Part shown: piece by piece, positions 28,844-39,760 of the stretch | How positions within the stretch are numbered: the stretch's first letter is position 1 | Layout: every line of letters begins with the position of its first letter | Assembly (NCBI RefSeq): GCF_965214215.1 | Contig: NZ_CBDCBD010000002.1 | Location: forward strand, 365,873-429,872 | Source of the DNA: Candidatus Poriferisodalis sp. | GTDB taxonomy: Bacteria > Actinomycetota > Acidimicrobiia > Acidimicrobiales > Poriferisodalaceae | Direction: 5' to 3' | Length of the DNA stretch: 64,000 bases | Notes under the pieces: generated by a model | Databases searched by the model: none | What the model was told of the DNA's origin: nothing | What the model saw: the letters and a program-made list of their open reading frames with translations, nothing else | Position numbers and translations under genes: made by a program

Positions 28844-30922
28844 ATGGCATCTGAGGTGCCCTCGGGCGAGCGGCATTCCCGTGCGCGCAAGCCGCGCGTC
28901 GGCGAGTCTCCCGACGCGCCAGTCGAAGACGGCTCGAGCGATCACTCAGCGCAGCCGAACTCGTCGGGAGGAACGGGGACCCGCCGGCGAAACGAACGCT
29001 GGCCCCGCTGGTCGATCTGGCTGCTCGCCATGGTGTTGCTGTCGGTGATGTTCCTGCCAGGACTGCTGCGAAATGAAGATCGCGATCCCGTCGACTACAG
29101 CGGTCTGATCGCGCAGGTATCGGAGGGACGCGTCGACAGCGTCACGATCACCAACGGCACCGGAGAGATCAGCGGCGAGTACATCGACGGCTCGACGTTC
29201 TCTTCCGAAGGTCCCCTCGAGCTGCCCGAGACCGATCTCGCCCTGTTGCGCGAGCGCGGGGTGTCCATCGAGTTCCACACCGACCGACCCAACCTGCTGG
29301 TCAGCCTGCTGCCTTTCCTGCTGCCCTTCGGCCTGATCTTCCTGCTCTTTTGGTGGATGCAGCGACGTGCTCAGGGACAGATGTCGGGGATCATGTCGAT
29401 CGGCCGGAGCAAGGCCAAGACCTACACCACCGAGCGCCCCTCGACGAAGTTCGACGACATTGCCGGGTACGACGGCGTGAAGCAGGAGATCACCGAGGTC
29501 GTCGACTTCCTCAAGACACCGGAGCGCTTCACAGCGATCGGGGCCAAGGTCCCCAAGGGCGTGCTGCTGGTCGGTCCTCCCGGCACCGGCAAGACGCTCA
29601 TTGCCCGGGCTGTGGCAGGAGAGGCCGGGGTGCCCTTCTTGTCCGTGACCGGCTCAGACTTCATGGAAATGTTCGTGGGCGTCGGCGCCAGCCGCGTGCG
29701 CGACCTGTTCCAGAGCGCCCGCAAGATGGGCCGAGCGATCATCTTCATCGACGAGATCGACTCGATTGGCCGCAAACGTGGGGCAGGCCTCGGCGGCGGG
29801 CACGACGAGCGCGAGCAGACGCTCAATCAGATGCTGGCCGAGATGGACGGATTCGAGGAGAGCGGCGGCATCGTGATGATGGCTGCGACCAACCGGCCAG
29901 ACATCTTGGATCCCGCGTTGCTGCGCCCCGGTCGGTTCGACCGCCAGGTCGTTGTGCCGCTGCCCGAGTACTCAGAGCGGCTGGCGATCATGGCTGTGCA
30001 TTCCAAGGACAAGAAGACCGACGACGACGTGTTGTTCGAGGCCCTGGCGAAGGGCACTCCTGGCATGAGCGGTGCCGACCTGGCCAATCTGGTCAACGAA
30101 GCGGCACTGCACGCCGTGCGGCGCGACTCCGAAACGATCGCACAGGCAGACTTTGAGGCAGCGCGCGACAGAGTGCTGATGGGCCAGCGACGCGAGTCGG
30201 TGGCGCTCTCCGAGCGGGAGCGGGAAGTCACCGCCTATCACGAAGGCGGCCATGCACTGATCGCCACGCTGTTCCCCCATGCCGACCCCGTTCACAAGGT
30301 GACCATCCTGCCGACCGGCCAGGCTCTGGGCGTCACCATGCAGCTGCCTGAGGAACGCCACGCCTATAGCCAGGAATACATCGAAGATCGGTTGGCCGTG
30401 CTGTTCGGCGGCCGCATGGCCGAGGAGACAGTGTTCGGCGTGACCTCGACCGGCGCCGCGAACGACCTGGTACAGGGCACAGAGCTGGCCCGCAAGATGG
30501 TCTCGGAATGGGGCATGAGCGACCGTGTGGGGCCCATGGCGTGGGGATCACACGCACAGGTGTTCCTCGGCGAGGACCTCGTGTCGGGGCGTGACTACTC
30601 CGATGAGACCGCCCGGGTCATCGACGAAGAAGTCGAACGGATCCTGCGTACGCAGCAGGATCGTGCGCGCCGAGCGCTCGTCGATCACCGCCCTGCGCTG
30701 GACCGGATCGCGGCTGCCCTGCTCGAACACGAGACCGTCACGGGTTCCCAGATCGGGGCGCTCGTAGCCGAGCCGACGCCCGATGGGTCAGACGGGGCCA
30801 GCAACGGGAAGCTCGAGACCCCAGCCAAATCGGACGCAGACGATCCGGTCGCCGACGACAACGCTGCGCCCGACGTCCCGCTCATCGAGCGAACGGCGCC
30901 CCCGCCTCACGTAGCCGACTAA
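28844..30922 (+). CDS. ftsH: ATP-dependent zinc metalloprotease FtsH
   Basis: 692 aa. Two N-terminal TMs, Walker [10 protein letters not shown], Walker [33 protein letters not shown], zinc site HEGGHAL. Confidence 0.97.
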   Translation: MASEVPSGERHSRARKPRVGESPDAPVEDGSSDHSAQPNSSGGTGTRRRNERWPRWSIWLLAMVLLSVMFLPGLLRNEDRDPVDYSGLIAQVSEGRVDSVTITNGTGEISGEYIDGSTFSSEGPLELPETDLALLRERGVSIEFHTDRPNLLVSLLPFLLPFGLIFLLFWWMQRRAQGQMSGIMSIGRSKAKTYTTERPSTKFDDIAGYDGVKQEITEVVDFLKTPERFTAIGAKVPKGVLLVGPPGTGKTLIARAVAGEAGVPFLSVTGSDFMEMFVGVGASRVRDLFQSARKMGRAIIFIDEIDSIGRKRGAGLGGGHDEREQTLNQMLAEMDGFEESGGIVMMAATNRPDILDPALLRPGRFDRQVVVPLPEYSERLAIMAVHSKDKKTDDDVLFEALAKGTPGMSGADLANLVNEAALHAVRRDSETIAQADFEAARDRVLMGQRRESVALSEREREVTAYHEGGHALIATLFPHADPVHKVTILPTGQALGVTMQLPEERHAYSQEYIEDRLAVLFGGRMAEETVFGVTSTGAANDLVQGTELARKMVSEWGMSDRVGPMAWGSHAQVFLGEDLVSGRDYSDETARVIDEEVERILRTQQDRARRALVDHRPALDRIAAALLEHETVTGSQIGALVAEPTPDGSDGASNGKLETPAKSDADDPVADDNAAPDVPLIERTAPPPHVAD

Positions 30923-31350
30923 CCCGGCGAGGGCTCAGGGCCGCGCGCCACTTGCGCGAGTGCCGCGGCCAGTGCGGACAGATCCACGCTGCCGACCCAG
31001 CCGTCGATGACCTGACCGGTGACATCGACCACCACCGTCGTGGGCACGGTGTCGATGCCGTGGCGACGATGCAGCTCTCGATCATTGCCGAAGGACACCT
31101 CGGCGACAGGCAGTCCCGCACCCGCGGGGCCGCGCACCACAGCGAGCACTGCCGCACACGTGCGGCAGGTCTCTTCGGTGAAGGCCACCAACGCCGGGCC
31201 GACCGCTATGCCCACCGCACCGAGGTCAACGGCCGAAGGCAGTTCGGACCGTGGCACCGCTGCGCCATGTGCGCCGCGGCGACGCTGGATCAGCCAGGCG
31301 ACTGCGATCGCAGCGACGATCAGCAGCGCAGCGATGATGAAGCGCTCCAT
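30919..31350 (-). CDS. Membrane-anchored thioredoxin-like protein (CxxC)
   Basis: 143 aa. N-terminal TM (IIAALLIVAAIAVAWLI), then VAFTEETCRTCAAV and a cis-Pro-type VPTTVVVD segment. Its stop overlaps the ftsH stop (CTAA). Confidence 0.65.
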   Translation of the reverse strand: MERFIIAALLIVAAIAVAWLIQRRRGAHGAAVPRSELPSAVDLGAVGIAVGPALVAFTEETCRTCAAVLAVVRGPAGAGLPVAEVSFGNDRELHRRHGIDTVPTTVVVDVTGQVIDGWVGSVDLSALAAALAQVARGPEPSPG

Positions 31351-31357
31351 CAGCCCC

Positions 31358-33049
31358 TCACCACACCAGCGGGTGAGCCACGCTCAGCCCCTGAGTCCCG
31401 CTCCGTGCCTGCCACAGCAGCACTGCGAACGGCGTGTCGGAGACGAGCAGACGGGTCGTACCGCTCGCCAGCCGGTGCGTGACCACGCCCGATGCTGGCA
31501 CGTCGATGAAGGCGACGGTCTCGCGGCCCAGCGTTTCGACCACCACGCGGCGATCGCTGTTCGTCGAGACCGATGAATCATCGTCCTGCGAGCCATCCGC
31601 GTCGGCTGCCGCGAGTGGATCGGTCATGATCGTCAGCAGTGCCTCGCCTCCCGATTCGGGAGCGATGACCACGAGCCACCGGTCGCTGGTGCGAACGATG
31701 CCGGGCACGAACGCCAGACCCGACTGTGCTCGGTGCACCGGGGGCAGTATCTCGACTGGCGATTCGTCATCGCCTTCGTCGGATGCAGCGTCGCCCACCG
31801 GCGCGTCAGCACCCTGAGTACCGCCCGTTTGCGCAACCACCGTGGTGGACTCGCCGCCAGAATCGGGAACTTCGGTGTTCCCAGCGGCGGAGACGCTGGC
31901 GGATGCGGCACCGATGTCGGTCAGCGGGCTGGCAGCGCTGCCGACCAGTGTTTCGGCCCACACGACGATGGGAACGCCGTTCTGTGATTCGACAGCGATT
32001 CCGAAGGGGGCACCGGTCGGCGCAAGCAGTGTCGCGAGTCCGGGTGCAAGTTCGCCTGGAGGTTCGACCTGCAGCTCCATGACATCGTGTGATGCAACGG
32101 CAAACGCCACACGGTCGCTGCGAGAGTCGTGAGACGCGACCGACGCCGAGACTTCCGCAACGTCGTCAGAGGGATTGAAGACCCGTAACCACAGATGTGT
32201 CCGGTCATCGATGCCGGCCACGGGCACAAGCCACCGGTCGCCAGAGGCCACAGAGGCCAACTCCGCAGCCAGGCCGCGTCGCCCGACACTCCCGTCGTAG
32301 GCCAAGAACGAATCCACCGCGATGCGGCCGGTACGGGCACTGACTGATGCGGCCACGACGTCTCGGCGACGGGCATGCTCGCCGACATCGACGACAACCG
32401 TGCTCCACGCCGGCACCACCACACCGGTCAACGCGGGCGCCACGAACGGTCCGAACTCCGCTTCCGAAGCAAACGTGACGTCGACGATCGCATCGCGCGG
32501 CAGCGGATTCATGATTGCCAACACGCCCAACGCGTCGGCCTGGGTGTCGCCGACGGGGACAAACCAGTTCGGCGCCAGCGTGCTCGAACAGCGAGCCTCG
32601 TCGACCCCCAGCGGGGAGACCAGTCGCCGCGTCACGGCCAGCCCGCCCGAAGTGGCTTCCACCAAGGCCCCGATGACCTCGTCACGCACGTAATCCGAAG
32701 TGGTGACAACCCCGGTGCTGTGAGGTGCCACGTCTGCGGTCACAAACTGCCGGCCTGTCGTGCGACCACGGAATTCGACCGACACCGATGCCGTCTCGGC
32801 GGTCATGTTCGTCAGCAGTAGCTCTGAGGTGACCTCTCCAAAGCCCTGCACGGGTGCCCGCATGCCGACGACGGCGCAAAACCAGCTCGACGTCAACGCA
32901 TCGGGGGGCGGAACCACCACCTGCGTCAGCGCTTCGGGGTCTTCGACGACGGCTGACAGCGGCGTTCGGTCGTCGAGCGCGTCGATCACCAGCGCCGCCG
33001 CGATTGCCAGCGGGATCAGCAGCCGAGGAAGCCACCGCAAGATGTTCAT
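31358..33049 (-). CDS. Secreted/anchored hypothetical protein (resembles the DUF5719-type partner of large actinobacterial GT2 proteins)
   Basis: Internal ATG 33049 (MNILRWLPRLLIPLAIAAALVIDAL, signal/anchor) of ORF 31358-33130. The remainder is beta-rich and Ala/Val/Thr-rich. The family assignment is from memory of gene neighbourhoods only. Confidence 0.6.
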   Translation of the reverse strand: MNILRWLPRLLIPLAIAAALVIDALDDRTPLSAVVEDPEALTQVVVPPPDALTSSWFCAVVGMRAPVQGFGEVTSELLLTNMTAETASVSVEFRGRTTGRQFVTADVAPHSTGVVTTSDYVRDEVIGALVEATSGGLAVTRRLVSPLGVDEARCSSTLAPNWFVPVGDTQADALGVLAIMNPLPRDAIVDVTFASEAEFGPFVAPALTGVVVPAWSTVVVDVGEHARRRDVVAASVSARTGRIAVDSFLAYDGSVGRRGLAAELASVASGDRWLVPVAGIDDRTHLWLRVFNPSDDVAEVSASVASHDSRSDRVAFAVASHDVMELQVEPPGELAPGLATLLAPTGAPFGIAVESQNGVPIVVWAETLVGSAASPLTDIGAASASVSAAGNTEVPDSGGESTTVVAQTGGTQGADAPVGDAASDEGDDESPVEILPPVHRAQSGLAFVPGIVRTSDRWLVVIAPESGGEALLTIMTDPLAAADADGSQDDDSSVSTNSDRRVVVETLGRETVAFIDVPASGVVTHRLASGTTRLLVSDTPFAVLLWQARSGTQGLSVAHPLVW

Positions 33050-33062
33050 GGCCGCGCCGTCC

Positions 33063-36000
33063 TCATGAGTCGACCACGGTGCCGCCGGAACCGCTGCGCC
33101 GCCCAGACCCCTGCGCCGTCCTTCGCACAAGGGCAGAGAAGCGGTCTGCGAGCGGGGTGGGCTGGCCGATCGCCACCCAGATCAGCGCTAGCCAGATCAG
33201 CACCTGGGCGATGATCCGGGAGGCCGCGGCGCTCGATCGCTCGAAGTGCAATTCGGCCTGGCCGCCCTCGGGTGGGTCGAAGCGCATCGCCCAGCCGAGA
33301 GCCGGGGTCGGCTCAGTCCGCTCACCGGAGATCTCGAGGTGCCATCCCGGGTCGTAGGTCTCGGCAACCAGCACCGGGCCGATGCCCACCGGTCCAAGCT
33401 GACTTGTGACGGACCGGTAATCGGTGAACACGCCGATGCCGTCGGTCAAGTCGCTGACCACGAGGTCCACCGGGTCGGTGGCGAAGCCCGTCGGGATCGG
33501 CATTTCGAACTGTGACCGCGAGGACCACCAGGCCTCATTGCGAAACACCTGGACCGACGGATCTGCTGCCAGCGGGCGCAAATCGATCTGGGAAGCGAGC
33601 GCCTCGGACACCGCAGGCGGCACCGGCCGGTCCCAGCCGTCGGTATAGGAGGGCCCCGAGCGTTCCACCACCACGACATACCTGATGCCGAATGATCCCA
33701 GCAGCCGTCCCAGTCGCAGCGTGTCACCCGCCAGCCCGATCCGAACGGCGTCTGCCAAGCGTTCGCTGCCGAGCGTCTGCGGCGTCGCAAACGCATGCCG
33801 GACATCGGGATAGCCCCGCACTGACGTCGCAGCAGCGAGTCCGGAGACGCCGAGATCGGTACCACGCAGCGGCAAGACCTCCGGAGCGCCGAGCCACAGG
33901 ACCCGGTAGTCAGGTCCGACACCGCGGTCGTCGACGAGTCCCAGCGGCACTCGGTGGTCGAAGCTCGGTGCCGACCAGTTGCCGTCGATCGATGCCCACG
34001 CGGTCGGGAGCACCATGGCGCCCACAGCAATGCCGCTCAGCAAAACCATCGCGCTGCGCGTCCGGGGTGGTGCGTCGCCGCCGGCGGCGAGAGCTGCGGG
34101 ACCCGTCGCCGCTGTCCAGCACAGGCCGACGGCGCCGAACGCCAGCGATACCTCGGCAAGCGAGTGTCGCAGGCTCACACCGTCCGCCAGGGTGTCTGCC
34201 CAACCAGCCACGATGACCCATCCAAAGGCGAAACCGACCAGCGCCACCGCCCAGCCGTGGACCGACGACCACAACCGCCCGCCGCGCGCGACCAGCAGAG
34301 GTATCGCTGCGGCAGCTATCAGACCCCAACTGAGCGGCAATTCGCCGAGTGGGCCCGTCTGGAAACGCAGCAGCTCGGACAGCGATGACGGTGTCGACGG
34401 CGTGCGGCTGCCGAGCGACACATCGAGGTATTCCCGCAGCGAATCGAACTCGATCAGCCAGGGAAGGTGCGCAATTGCGGCGAGCGCCACCGCGACCAGG
34501 ACCTGCAGCAAGCCAGCGACCGGCGCACCGAGCCGCTCGCGGCGTACCGCGCGTCGCACCAACTCGACGACTGCGAGCCCCAGCCCCGCAGCCAACGCCA
34601 GCACCAGCATGAACGGCTCGAATGCTGCCGCCACCGCGAGGAGCAAGGCGAGCGACGCCACCCTGGCGACGGTGGCACGCCGGCTTCCGTCGCGTGGTTG
34701 CGGCGCTTGCGAAGCGCCGACCAGTCGGCTTGCGAGCAGCACGATCGCCGGCGCGGTTCCGTAGGCCAACAACACGTCCCAGCGGCCGCTGGCCAACGCG
34801 TTGTACGGCAGCGGGCACGCGGCGTACAGCACCAGAGCGACCAATCGGCCATTGCGGTTCGGTCCGTCTCGGGGTGACCGAGTGTCACAGAGCCTCCACA
34901 TGCCAATCAGGCCCGTGAGCACCAGACCCCAGATGGCAATGTTCCTCAACAGACCGACTGCGCCCAAGACAACGGTTCCACCGAGGCCCAGCAAGCCCAT
35001 CGCCGGATGACCGATCCCGGCTGCACCGACCCCGCTGTCGCGCCAGCCATCCAGGTACGCCCCGACCATCGTGCCGACATCGGCAAATGCCGTGAACTGG
35101 CCGTATGCGGGAATCCCGCCGGTCAGCAGGTGACGAGAACCGAACGTGATCAGGCCGATCACTCCCAGCCAGACCACCCACACCGTTCGATGCGCGTTGC
35201 GTCGCCAGGTGCCCAGGATGCTCTCATCGATCGTGGTCCGCGCGGCCAGTCCTCCTTCGGGACTCAGGCGGTAGCGGAACCAGTCGGCGACCCGTACCGA
35301 GCCGCCCTGTTGCAGTCGCCGCAGATCCACGTCTCGCACCCGCCGGTACCTCTTGGCGGCGCCTCGCAGCGCGAAGGTGCCCCCGATGTGCCGGGCGTTC
35401 CACAGCCACGCCAGCGCCACGTCGGAGGCCTGAGCGAACCGGCCACGTAGCGCCCCGAACAACACCTCGCCTGCGGCGAGTACGGCTGCGAGCGCCACCG
35501 CTGGCAGCAGGTGCACCCACCCGTAGCACTTCGAGATGGTACGCAGCCGGGCCCGGTGCTCGTGCTGACGTGCCGAGGGCCCATGGCGTTGGACGGTCGG
35601 ACCGGTCCGCAGGGTCCCGGTAGCAGACGGCACGATCCGGACCCGTGCGCCCGAGAGCTGGATGCGCCAGCACAGATCGACCACGGCGCCGTCGCCTTCG
35701 AGCGCCGGATCGAATCCGCCGACGATGCGGAAGATGTCTTCGCGCACGAGCATCGCCTCGGTGGGCGCCACAAACAGGTCACGGGCCTCGTTGTGCTGTT
35801 GCTGATCCAGCTCGTCGAGGCCGGCAACCGGAATCCGGACTCCAAGGCGATCCGCGGTGCCACCGAGATCGCGCAGCGTCAAGCCGTCCTCGGCGTCGAG
35901 CAGCTTGGGGCCGGCGACGCCGACAATCCGTCCCGGGACGTTCTCGGCATCTTCGATGAGCAGACTGACGGCGTCGTGCGCGAGCGCGACGCGACCGGAA

Positions 36001-36353
36001 AGGAAAAGGAGGTAGTCCGCTCCGCGGACCAGCGAAGCTCCCCGATTGTTGACAGCGCCCATGCGCCCGCGTTGGGCTCGGCGACCGCGACCTGTCCGAG
36101 ACGACACCGAATCGGCGATTGCGGCGGTGGGATACAGCTCTCGGACCCGTTCGCGCTGAACACCGTCTGCGTCGCACAGCACCAGAACGGCGAGCCGCGG
36201 GTAGTCCTGAGCGGCCAATGCCCGCAAAGTGAATTCGGTGTCGGACCACTTCGACCCCGCCGTGACGATTGCAGCGACCGCCGGCTGGGGTGCGGGGGCC
36301 ACCGGCTCGGTCGCAGCGGGTGCTGTTGCCTCTTGCGAGGTCGGCGAGCTCAT
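33063..36353 (-). CDS. Fusion protein: N-terminal GT2 glycosyltransferase + large C-terminal polytopic membrane/extracytoplasmic domain
   Basis: 1096 aa. GT2 part: AAIVTAGSKWSDTEFTLRALAAQDYPRLAVLVLCDADG...FVAPTEAMLVREDIFRIVGGFDP. It is followed by about 14 or more TM helices and a C-terminal soluble domain plus a final TM. Confidence 0.85.
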   Translation of the reverse strand: MSSPTSQEATAPAATEPVAPAPQPAVAAIVTAGSKWSDTEFTLRALAAQDYPRLAVLVLCDADGVQRERVRELYPTAAIADSVSSRTGRGRRAQRGRMGAVNNRGASLVRGADYLLFLSGRVALAHDAVSLLIEDAENVPGRIVGVAGPKLLDAEDGLTLRDLGGTADRLGVRIPVAGLDELDQQQHNEARDLFVAPTEAMLVREDIFRIVGGFDPALEGDGAVVDLCWRIQLSGARVRIVPSATGTLRTGPTVQRHGPSARQHEHRARLRTISKCYGWVHLLPAVALAAVLAAGEVLFGALRGRFAQASDVALAWLWNARHIGGTFALRGAAKRYRRVRDVDLRRLQQGGSVRVADWFRYRLSPEGGLAARTTIDESILGTWRRNAHRTVWVVWLGVIGLITFGSRHLLTGGIPAYGQFTAFADVGTMVGAYLDGWRDSGVGAAGIGHPAMGLLGLGGTVVLGAVGLLRNIAIWGLVLTGLIGMWRLCDTRSPRDGPNRNGRLVALVLYAACPLPYNALASGRWDVLLAYGTAPAIVLLASRLVGASQAPQPRDGSRRATVARVASLALLLAVAAAFEPFMLVLALAAGLGLAVVELVRRAVRRERLGAPVAGLLQVLVAVALAAIAHLPWLIEFDSLREYLDVSLGSRTPSTPSSLSELLRFQTGPLGELPLSWGLIAAAAIPLLVARGGRLWSSVHGWAVALVGFAFGWVIVAGWADTLADGVSLRHSLAEVSLAFGAVGLCWTAATGPAALAAGGDAPPRTRSAMVLLSGIAVGAMVLPTAWASIDGNWSAPSFDHRVPLGLVDDRGVGPDYRVLWLGAPEVLPLRGTDLGVSGLAAATSVRGYPDVRHAFATPQTLGSERLADAVRIGLAGDTLRLGRLLGSFGIRYVVVVERSGPSYTDGWDRPVPPAVSEALASQIDLRPLAADPSVQVFRNEAWWSSRSQFEMPIPTGFATDPVDLVVSDLTDGIGVFTDYRSVTSQLGPVGIGPVLVAETYDPGWHLEISGERTEPTPALGWAMRFDPPEGGQAELHFERSSAAASRIIAQVLIWLALIWVAIGQPTPLADRFSALVRRTAQGSGRRSGSGGTVVDS

Positions 36354-36379
36354 GGGCGGGTCACAACTCCCACGATGCT

Positions 36380-39300
36380 CTACTGCACCGAATCAGCGGC
36401 TACGACTCCCGGACCGGCACGGCTCGTGCGGTAATCCGGGGCATCTCCGTAGTTGAAGCTGGTGCCGTCGCTCCACACCAGCCAATAGCCGTCGCCGGTG
36501 CCAGAGGACACCATCGACACCGAATTCAGGCGGTTCGGCTCGTTGCCACGAGAGCCAAGCCGCGACGCCGAGCCAAAAGCTGCAACCTCAGTGGCCGAAC
36601 TCAGGAGCCAGTAACCCTCACCATCAGGCGTGGCGGCCATGCTGACCGCGACCATCTCCGCATCGCCCAGATCGGAGGCGCCTCCCAGCGCCGCCACGTT
36701 GCCGTCTGCGGCGAGCAGCCAATAGCCATCGCCCGACGGGGTCGCCTCGACGTCAACGATGACGGCTGCTTCGCTGATGTTGGTGACGTCGCCGTGATGG
36801 GGCGCGTCGCCGAAGTGCAGCACGTCGCCGCCCGAAGTCGCCAGCCAGTATCCGCCATCCGTCCGGTGCCGAGCCATAGCGACGACGTCGCCCGCGAAAT
36901 CCGTCCCCGCTGTATCGCCATGGTGCCGCGCGTCGCCGTATGCATGCACCGATCCCGACGCGGTGACCAGCCAATAGCCCTTACCGGTCGAGGTTGCCGC
37001 GATGTCGACAAAGTCCGCGTCAAGCTCAAGCTCCGACGCATCGCCGTAGTGGCGGGCCAGCCCATGTGCCCCGACAGTCCCGTCGGCCTTGAGCACCCAC
37101 AGCGGCGCCTCGGCAATCGACGGCGCCGGCTCACGCGGCGACTGGCCGCCGTCGAACTGCGGGAAGCGATACCAGTCCGACAGCACGAGTGCCGGGAATG
37201 CCCTGCGGAACGGATCGCGCGCCCAGCGATCGAATGAGAAGGTGTGCTCGCCGCTCGTGCCCACTACCCGTAGCGCACGCACCCGGCCGCCCCATTCCCC
37301 GTATCCGTTGCGCTCGACCACGTCGATGCTCACAAGCTGACCGAGTTCCTTGCCTGCCGATCGAAACAGCGGCGCGAAGGCCCGCTCAATGTCGACGCGC
37401 CGCAGCGACAGCGTCCACGCGTGGCCCCCATTGCCGCGTTCCGCGTACACCGCATCACCGAGGTCTTTGACCGCAGGAAACGTCGAGGCCGGGGGTCCGG
37501 CGGTCCAGCCGCCGCTGGCGCTGCTGAACTCGGTGAACGCATAGTCACCGGCACTGTTGACCAGCGCCTCGCCGGCGGTATTGCGGATCGCCTCGTTCGA
37601 GTGCGCCAGCTTCGCCCCGAAGTCGTTCGCCTGCAGCACGTTGCGGCGACCGTCGGCCGCGCCATTGTAGAGCTGGCAATTGGGCCAGTCGCAGATGTCT
37701 GTGAAACGGTCACGCCCGACTTGGTAGTCGGACCAGTAGAGCGCGTAGGTACGCGCAGCGATGGCTTGGGCTTCGAGCGCCGCCAGGCCCGTGCCCGCGG
37801 GCCCTTGCGCGGCGCCCCACTCCGGGCGGGACTCCTGGGGCACCACGCCACGCAGGTACTGCTCGAGCGGGAGCCGATTAAACGAGTACGCCCGGCCGGA
37901 CTGCTTGACAATGCCGAGGACGCCCCGGTAGGCGATGCGCATGTTCTCGCTGCCGCCGCGCCCCGCCGAGCAGTAGATCATCGTGAGCATCTGCGCGAGA
38001 TCGTCCACCGCAGGATCGTCGTTCGCAGCCAGCACCTCGACGTAGCGATCACCGTTGCGTCCGACGCTGCCGGCGATGCCTGCGGCCAACTCCACATCGC
38101 CTTCGGGCTCGCATCCGGTGGTGCGGTGGACAGCGAAGGCGTTGTCCCGGATGCTGACACGGGCAATCTCACCGGCCGCGAACGACTGCGATGCCACGCT
38201 GAACGGCGCCGCCGAGGTCACCACCATGTCCTTGCGAGCGTTGCGGGCGAGGTGAACGATGATCTCGCGGTGGTCAGTGTCGACGAGGCGGGTGTTGCCG
38301 TAGTAGTGCAGTGCGATCTGCTCACCGCTGCAGCCGTACTCGGTGGCGTAGCCGAACGCTCCCCATTGGCTCAGGCCGTTGCCATGCCCGAAGCCGCGTC
38401 CTTCCACCACAATCAGGCTTGGTGCGACGGCGCCGCCGGGGACCGCATCGGATCGCGGAATCTGCAGGTTCTTTCCCCCACTGGCACCGTCGTGCGATGC
38501 ATCGTCGATGGGGCAAGACGCCGATCCCGGGGTCGGCGTCGGCGTCGGCGTCGTGCCCGAACCCAGTGCGTCGAGCGCAGCTTGCACTGATGCCCTCGAG
38601 ACCGCCGAGGTGCCGCCCAGAACGGTCAGCCGCACGGCGTCGGGACGCGGTGCGAGTCCGGCCAAGAAGCGTCGCGTGCTCGCGTCGCCGCGGGGCGCCG
38701 TAAGCACCAGGGGCGCCGCACGGTGGCCCAGCAGAGGCCCCGACACGAGCGCATCTGGAAAATTCCAAGCGTCGGCGAGGCCGACGTAATCGGTGTCGAA
38801 GCAGTTCGCGGTGAGCGCCTCGGCAATCGCGACGGCCGTCTCGAACCGGTCATCGCCCCACAGCCGCACCACTGCCAGACCCAGGTCCTGCCGCAGCGTG
38901 TCGGTGACGTGCTCGGAGATTGCAGCGGGGCCGCCAGCGACGATCACCTGGCCGATATCGAGCTCGACCAGCGCACTGCGCGTCTGTTCAGCGAGCGTGT
39001 CCCGTTCGGTGAGCAGCACGGGATGGGGGCCCGAGTAGGCCAGCGGAGAGAGCGCCAAGGCGTCGGCGAAGTTCGACGACGTCGCCAGCAGCGCCGTGCG
39101 CCTGCCGTCGCCGCAGTAGTCGCCGACACGCTCTCGGCCGACGGCACGGGCGGCCGCGGCAACAGTCGCATGACGGTTCGCGCCGGCGTGCCGCCGCACA
39201 GCGACGCCGGTGAGGGCTGCCAGCTCGGCCTCCACATCGGACGACACCGACACCGGGCCCCCGACGATCACCACCTCCGACACGCTGCGGCTGCCGATGA

Positions 39301-39652
39301 AGCCGCGCGCCGCGTCGGACAGCTCGTTCGGTGTCGTCAACAGGATCGGCGCGTTGAGCACTCTCGCCAGCGGGACAGCTGCCAACCCGTCCGCGAACCC
39401 GAGCCCGCCCACCACGATCACTGCGTCGAGTGGGCCCGCTTCGCTCTCGTAGGCCTCGGCAATCTCAGCTGCGGTGGCATATCGATCAGGCCCCCAAAGG
39501 CGTTCGGACGTCGTGGCGGCAGCATCCCCCCCCACGGGAGCGATCAGCACGAGCATCGTGCTGATCAGCAGCACTGTCAACGAGCCGGCGCCAAGACGCA
39601 GACTGGACAAGCGCCGAGGCGCGCAACGCCCCCGACGACCGCAAAGAGCCAC
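36380..39652 (-). CDS. Secreted multidomain protein: 3x cell-wall-binding repeat 2 (CWB2) + SpoIID/LytB-like domain + C-terminal ~40-aa repeats
   Basis: 1090 aa with a signal peptide. Three CWB2 units ([14 protein letters not shown]...[22 protein letters not shown]...[11 protein letters not shown], and two more). SpoIID motifs [40 protein letters not shown]. About six C-terminal repeats GYWL(V/L)xxxGxVxxxGDAxHHGD. Confidence 0.85.
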   Translation of the reverse strand: MALCGRRGRCAPRRLSSLRLGAGSLTVLLISTMLVLIAPVGGDAAATTSERLWGPDRYATAAEIAEAYESEAGPLDAVIVVGGLGFADGLAAVPLARVLNAPILLTTPNELSDAARGFIGSRSVSEVVIVGGPVSVSSDVEAELAALTGVAVRRHAGANRHATVAAAARAVGRERVGDYCGDGRRTALLATSSNFADALALSPLAYSGPHPVLLTERDTLAEQTRSALVELDIGQVIVAGGPAAISEHVTDTLRQDLGLAVVRLWGDDRFETAVAIAEALTANCFDTDYVGLADAWNFPDALVSGPLLGHRAAPLVLTAPRGDASTRRFLAGLAPRPDAVRLTVLGGTSAVSRASVQAALDALGSGTTPTPTPTPGSASCPIDDASHDGASGGKNLQIPRSDAVPGGAVAPSLIVVEGRGFGHGNGLSQWGAFGYATEYGCSGEQIALHYYGNTRLVDTDHREIIVHLARNARKDMVVTSAAPFSVASQSFAAGEIARVSIRDNAFAVHRTTGCEPEGDVELAAGIAGSVGRNGDRYVEVLAANDDPAVDDLAQMLTMIYCSAGRGGSENMRIAYRGVLGIVKQSGRAYSFNRLPLEQYLRGVVPQESRPEWGAAQGPAGTGLAALEAQAIAARTYALYWSDYQVGRDRFTDICDWPNCQLYNGAADGRRNVLQANDFGAKLAHSNEAIRNTAGEALVNSAGDYAFTEFSSASGGWTAGPPASTFPAVKDLGDAVYAERGNGGHAWTLSLRRVDIERAFAPLFRSAGKELGQLVSIDVVERNGYGEWGGRVRALRVVGTSGEHTFSFDRWARDPFRRAFPALVLSDWYRFPQFDGGQSPREPAPSIAEAPLWVLKADGTVGAHGLARHYGDASELELDADFVDIAATSTGKGYWLVTASGSVHAYGDARHHGDTAGTDFAGDVVAMARHRTDGGYWLATSGGDVLHFGDAPHHGDVTNISEAAVIVDVEATPSGDGYWLLAADGNVAALGGASDLGDAEMVAVSMAATPDGEGYWLLSSATEVAAFGSASRLGSRGNEPNRLNSVSMVSSGTGDGYWLVWSDGTSFNYGDAPDYRTSRAGPGVVAADSVQ

Positions 39653-39760
39653 CTATGGCACGGTACCGGTCACTGCCTCGCACACGCGGGCACTCCGCCC
39701 GACTCGACGTACGCTACGACGGCATCACCACGACCGACATCAGCTCCCGGAGCCGCCTCC

